NCBI GenBank assembly: GCA_963737525.1
Contig: CAVTTD010000034.1
Span: 13,483-77,482 of the forward strand
Source: an uncultured Actinomycetota bacterium
Lineage (GTDB): Bacteria > Actinomycetota > UBA4738 > HRBIN12
Direction of reading: 5' to 3'
DNA: 64,000 bases
Shown here: positions 60,845 to 64,000 of the stretch, one piece after another
Position numbering within the stretch: position 1 is the first letter of the stretch
How the letters are laid out: every line of letters begins with the position of its first letter
Notes under the pieces: model-generated
Seen by the model: only the letters and a program-made list of their open reading frames with translations
The model's database searches: none
What the model was told of the DNA's origin: nothing
Position numbers and translations under genes: made by a program

Positions 60845-62010
60845 GTGACCGTCCTGGACGTGGTCCTCATCGGGTTGCTCCTGTTGTCGGCGTGGGGCGG
60901 CTATCGACGCGGAGCCATGCTCCAGGTGGCCGGGCTCCTTGGGCTCGGGGTCGGGTTCGTCGTGGGCGCGTGGCTCGCGCCACACACGGCCGACCTCGTC
61001 CGGTCCGACCCGGCGAAGGCGGGAGTGGCGCTCGGCACGGTCCTGCTCCTGGGCGCGATCGGCGATGCGCTGGGGTCCGTGGTCGGGGCTCAAGCTCAGG
61101 AAGCGCACCCTCGGAACGCGCTTCAAGGTGGCGGACGCGGTGGGTGGGTCCGCGCTCTCGGCGGGCGCTCTGGTGCTCGCGATCTGGTTCCTCGGCCTCA
61201 ACCTCGCAGCCGGGCCCTTCCCCTCCATCGCCCGCTCCCTCCAGCATTCCGCCGTCGTCCGCGTCGTGGATGCGGCGCTTCCCCCGCCGCCGTCACTCGC
61301 CGCGCAGATCGGGAACGTGCTGGACCTGATCGGGTTCCCGGACGTCTTCTCGGGGCTGCCGCCGCTACCGGCGGAGCCCGTCCCGCAGCCCGCGCGAGGA
61401 CTCGCCGCCCGAGCAGCCCGGGCGGCGCGCCCCTCGGTGGTGCTGATCGCCGGACCCGCGTGCGATGGGATCCTCCAGGGCACCGGGGTCGTGGTGGAGG
61501 ACGATCTCGTCCTCACGAACGCCCACGTCGATCGCCGGCGGCAGCCCGAGGGTCGAATGGGGAGGGAAGACCTTCACCGCGGTGCCGGTGCTCTTCGACC
61601 GAGATATGGACGCGGCGCTCCTTCGGGTCGACGGTCTGGACGCCCCGCCGCTCACGCTCCTGTCGCGAGAAGTGGACCGAGGGGCGGGTGGGGCCGTGCT
61701 CGGGTACCCGCACGGGCGATACACGGAGCTCCGTGCCGCGGCCCGTCGGGCGCTGGACGCCGTCGGTCGGGACATCTACTCCGAGGACCAGGTGCGTCGC
61801 CGGATCTACGAGCTGCAGGTGACGGTGAAGCCGGGCAACAGCGGCGGACCGTTCGTGCTGCCCGGCGGGAAGCTCGCGGGCCTGATCTTCGGAGCGTCCA
61901 TCACGAACGGGGACCTGGGCTATGCGCTCACGTCACCCGAGCTGATCCCGTTGGTCGATCGGGCGGCGGCCCGTACCGACGCAGTCGGGACGGGCCGCTG
62001 CGTCCGCTGA
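60845..62010 (+). CDS. MarP-like membrane serine protease (CvpA-like TM + trypsin domain; frameshifted)
   Basis: LDVVLIG...GGYRRG TM domain; TNAHV, DAALL, GNSGGP triad. Confidence 0.88.
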
Positions 62011-62014
62011 GGGT

Positions 62015-62912
62015 TCAGTCTTCGATCGCGACCTCGACGCCCTTCGCATTGACGCCCGGCCGGATCGCGCGCCAGCCGTCCGGGAGGTCACCGATCGTGC
62101 TTCCCTCGCGTTCGAAGGCCAGGAGCGAAGGACCCGCTCCGGAGACACAAGACGGGACCTGCCGGCGCTGTCGCAACTCGTGAAGCAGACCTTTGGCCTC
62201 AGGGATCAGTTCGAGGCGTGCATCTTCGTGGAGCCGATCGAAGAGCGCCATGTGCAGAAGCTCGGGGTCTCGAGTGAAGGCGATCGCCGCCAGTGAGGCG
62301 TGGCTCACGTTGAACACCGCATCGCGACGAGAGACCTCCTCCGTCAGAGCCCTTCGGGCTTCTGCGGTTGACAACCTGAGTCGATCGGGAACGAGGACGA
62401 CAGGATCGAGATCGGGGTGCGGATCGAGTCGATGCACGAATCCGGTCCGCGACGATCGTGAATCCCCCGTAGACCGCCGCGGCTGCGTTGTCGGGATGGC
62501 CCTCGATCGAGGCCGCGTACCCGAAGATGGGATACGGGTCGTCCGGCGTCGCGCTGGTCGCGGACTCCCCGAGCAGCGCGTTGGCAAGGGCGACACCCGC
62601 GACAGCCGCGGCCGACGAGGAGCCCAGCCCGCGTTCAAGCGGTATCCGATTGACGCCGTGGAGCGAGAACGGCGGGAGCTTCGCGTGCGGATGGGATCCG
62701 CGCTGTTGCTCGAGGGTATGCGCGATCGCGCGGCTCACCATGTCGGAACCGTCGGTCGGGAGCTCGTCGGCCCCCTCCCCTTCCCACGTGACGCCGGGTT
62801 CGACCTCGGTGTCGACGGTCACCTCGTTGCACAGATCGAGCGCGAGCCCGAAACAATCGAACCCGGGACCGAGGTTCGCCGACGTGGCCGGCACCCGGAC
62901 GGTGATGCGCAC
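62015..62912 (-). CDS. thrB: homoserine kinase (frameshifted)
   Basis: [36 protein letters not shown]. Confidence 0.94.
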
Positions 62913-63993
62913 CTACAGCCCCAGCTCGGCGGCGACCACGGCAGGGTCGGCCGGCACGGTCTCGGGCCGCGCCGCCCCGGAGATCGCCCACTCCGGATCC
63001 TTCAGCCCGTGTCCGGTCAGGACGCACACCACGGTCGCGTCGGCCGCGAGCTCGCCCTCGGCGTGCAGGTGCAGCAGCCCGGCGACGCTCGCGGCCGACG
63101 CCGGCTCCGCGAACAGCCCCTCCCGAGCCACGCGCCGGTACGCCGCCAGGATCTCCCGGTCGGTCACGGCCAGGATCGCACCCTCGGACTCCTTCGCCGC
63201 CGCGACCGCCTTCTCCCACGACGCCGGGTTCCCGATCCGGATCGCGGTCGCGATCGTCTGCGGGTCCTTGACCGGCTCCCCGAGCACGATCGGTGCCGCA
63301 CCCTGAGCCTGGAAGCCGAAGAGTCGCGGTGGTTCGTGGATCAGTCCGGCCTCCAGGTACTCGGTGTAGCCGAGCCAGTGGCTCGAGATGTTGCCGGCGT
63401 TGCCCGACCGGCACGAGGTGGAGATCGGGCGCGCGGTCGAGCGTGTCGCAGATCTCGAACGCCGCGGTCTTCTGTCCCTCGAGCCGGTAGGGGTTCACGC
63501 TGTTCACCAGCGTCACGGGGTAGCGGTCCGCGAGACCCTTCGCCAGTTCCAGCGATGCGTCGAAGTTGCCGTCGACCTCGAGCACCCGGGCGCCGTGCAC
63601 GAGCGTCTGCGCCATCTTGCCAAGCGCGATCTTTCCTTTCGGAACGAGCACCGCACACGTGAGGCCGGCTTTCGCCGCGTACGCCGCCGCGCTCGCGCTC
63701 GTGTTGCCCGTGGACGCGCATACGACGGCCTTCGCGCCCTCCTCGAGCGCCTTCGAGATCGCGAGCGTCATCCCACGGTCCTTGAAGGACCCGGTGGGGT
63801 TCGCGCCGTCGTACTTGAGCCAGCACGTCGCAGCCGGTCTCGGCCGACAGGACCTCCGATCGGACCAGAGGGGTCCCGCCTTCACAGAGGGTGACCACGG
63901 GTGTGTCGGCCGAGACCGGCAACCGCGCCCGGTACTCCTCGATGATCCCGCGCCACTGGGGCGCCCCGGACCCGGTGCCTCCGCGGAGGTCAT
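62913..63993 (-). CDS. thrC: threonine synthase (frameshifted)
   Basis: [43 protein letters not shown]. Confidence 0.95.
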
Positions 63994-64000
63994 TCCTCGC

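Noticed and set aside
63990-64000. Probable 3' end of homoserine dehydrogenase overlapping the thrC start (ATGA)
   Set aside because: Only about 3 codons are visible, so the call rests on synteny alone.

Overview
This is a very GC-rich bacterial chromosomal window with actinobacterial features: Rho with an N-terminal insertion, Asp-type MurA, MarP, a Nur-like regulator and many leaderless starts. Assignment to a deep-branching Actinomycetota lineage is inference. Most of it is core genome, largely on the minus strand: thrC-thrB, tal-rho-rpmE-prfA-prmC-tsaC-ptp-rpiB-glyA-wecA-atp operon-murA, mnmA, ligA-folD-gatCAB and aminotransferase-serA. About 15 genes, including essential ones, are broken by single-base indels, which I attribute to long-read sequencing error. 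The standout is an archaeal-type cyclic 2,3-diphosphoglycerate (cDPG) cluster at 57643-60765, embedded in the thrB...tal-rho locus. It encodes a metallophosphoesterase, cDPG synthetase and 2-phosphoglycerate kinase, and the phosphoesterase is a candidate for the cDPG/2,3-DPG hydrolase. Other observations: an internal promoter with a codon anomaly inside cpgS; two small Cys-rich proteins, one missing from the ORF track; a Nur/NiCoT/B12-mutase neighbourhood with a palindromic operator; a Rex box upstream of the atp operon; and an acidic C-terminal tail on AtpA. I saw no rRNA, tRNA, CRISPR array or mobile element.
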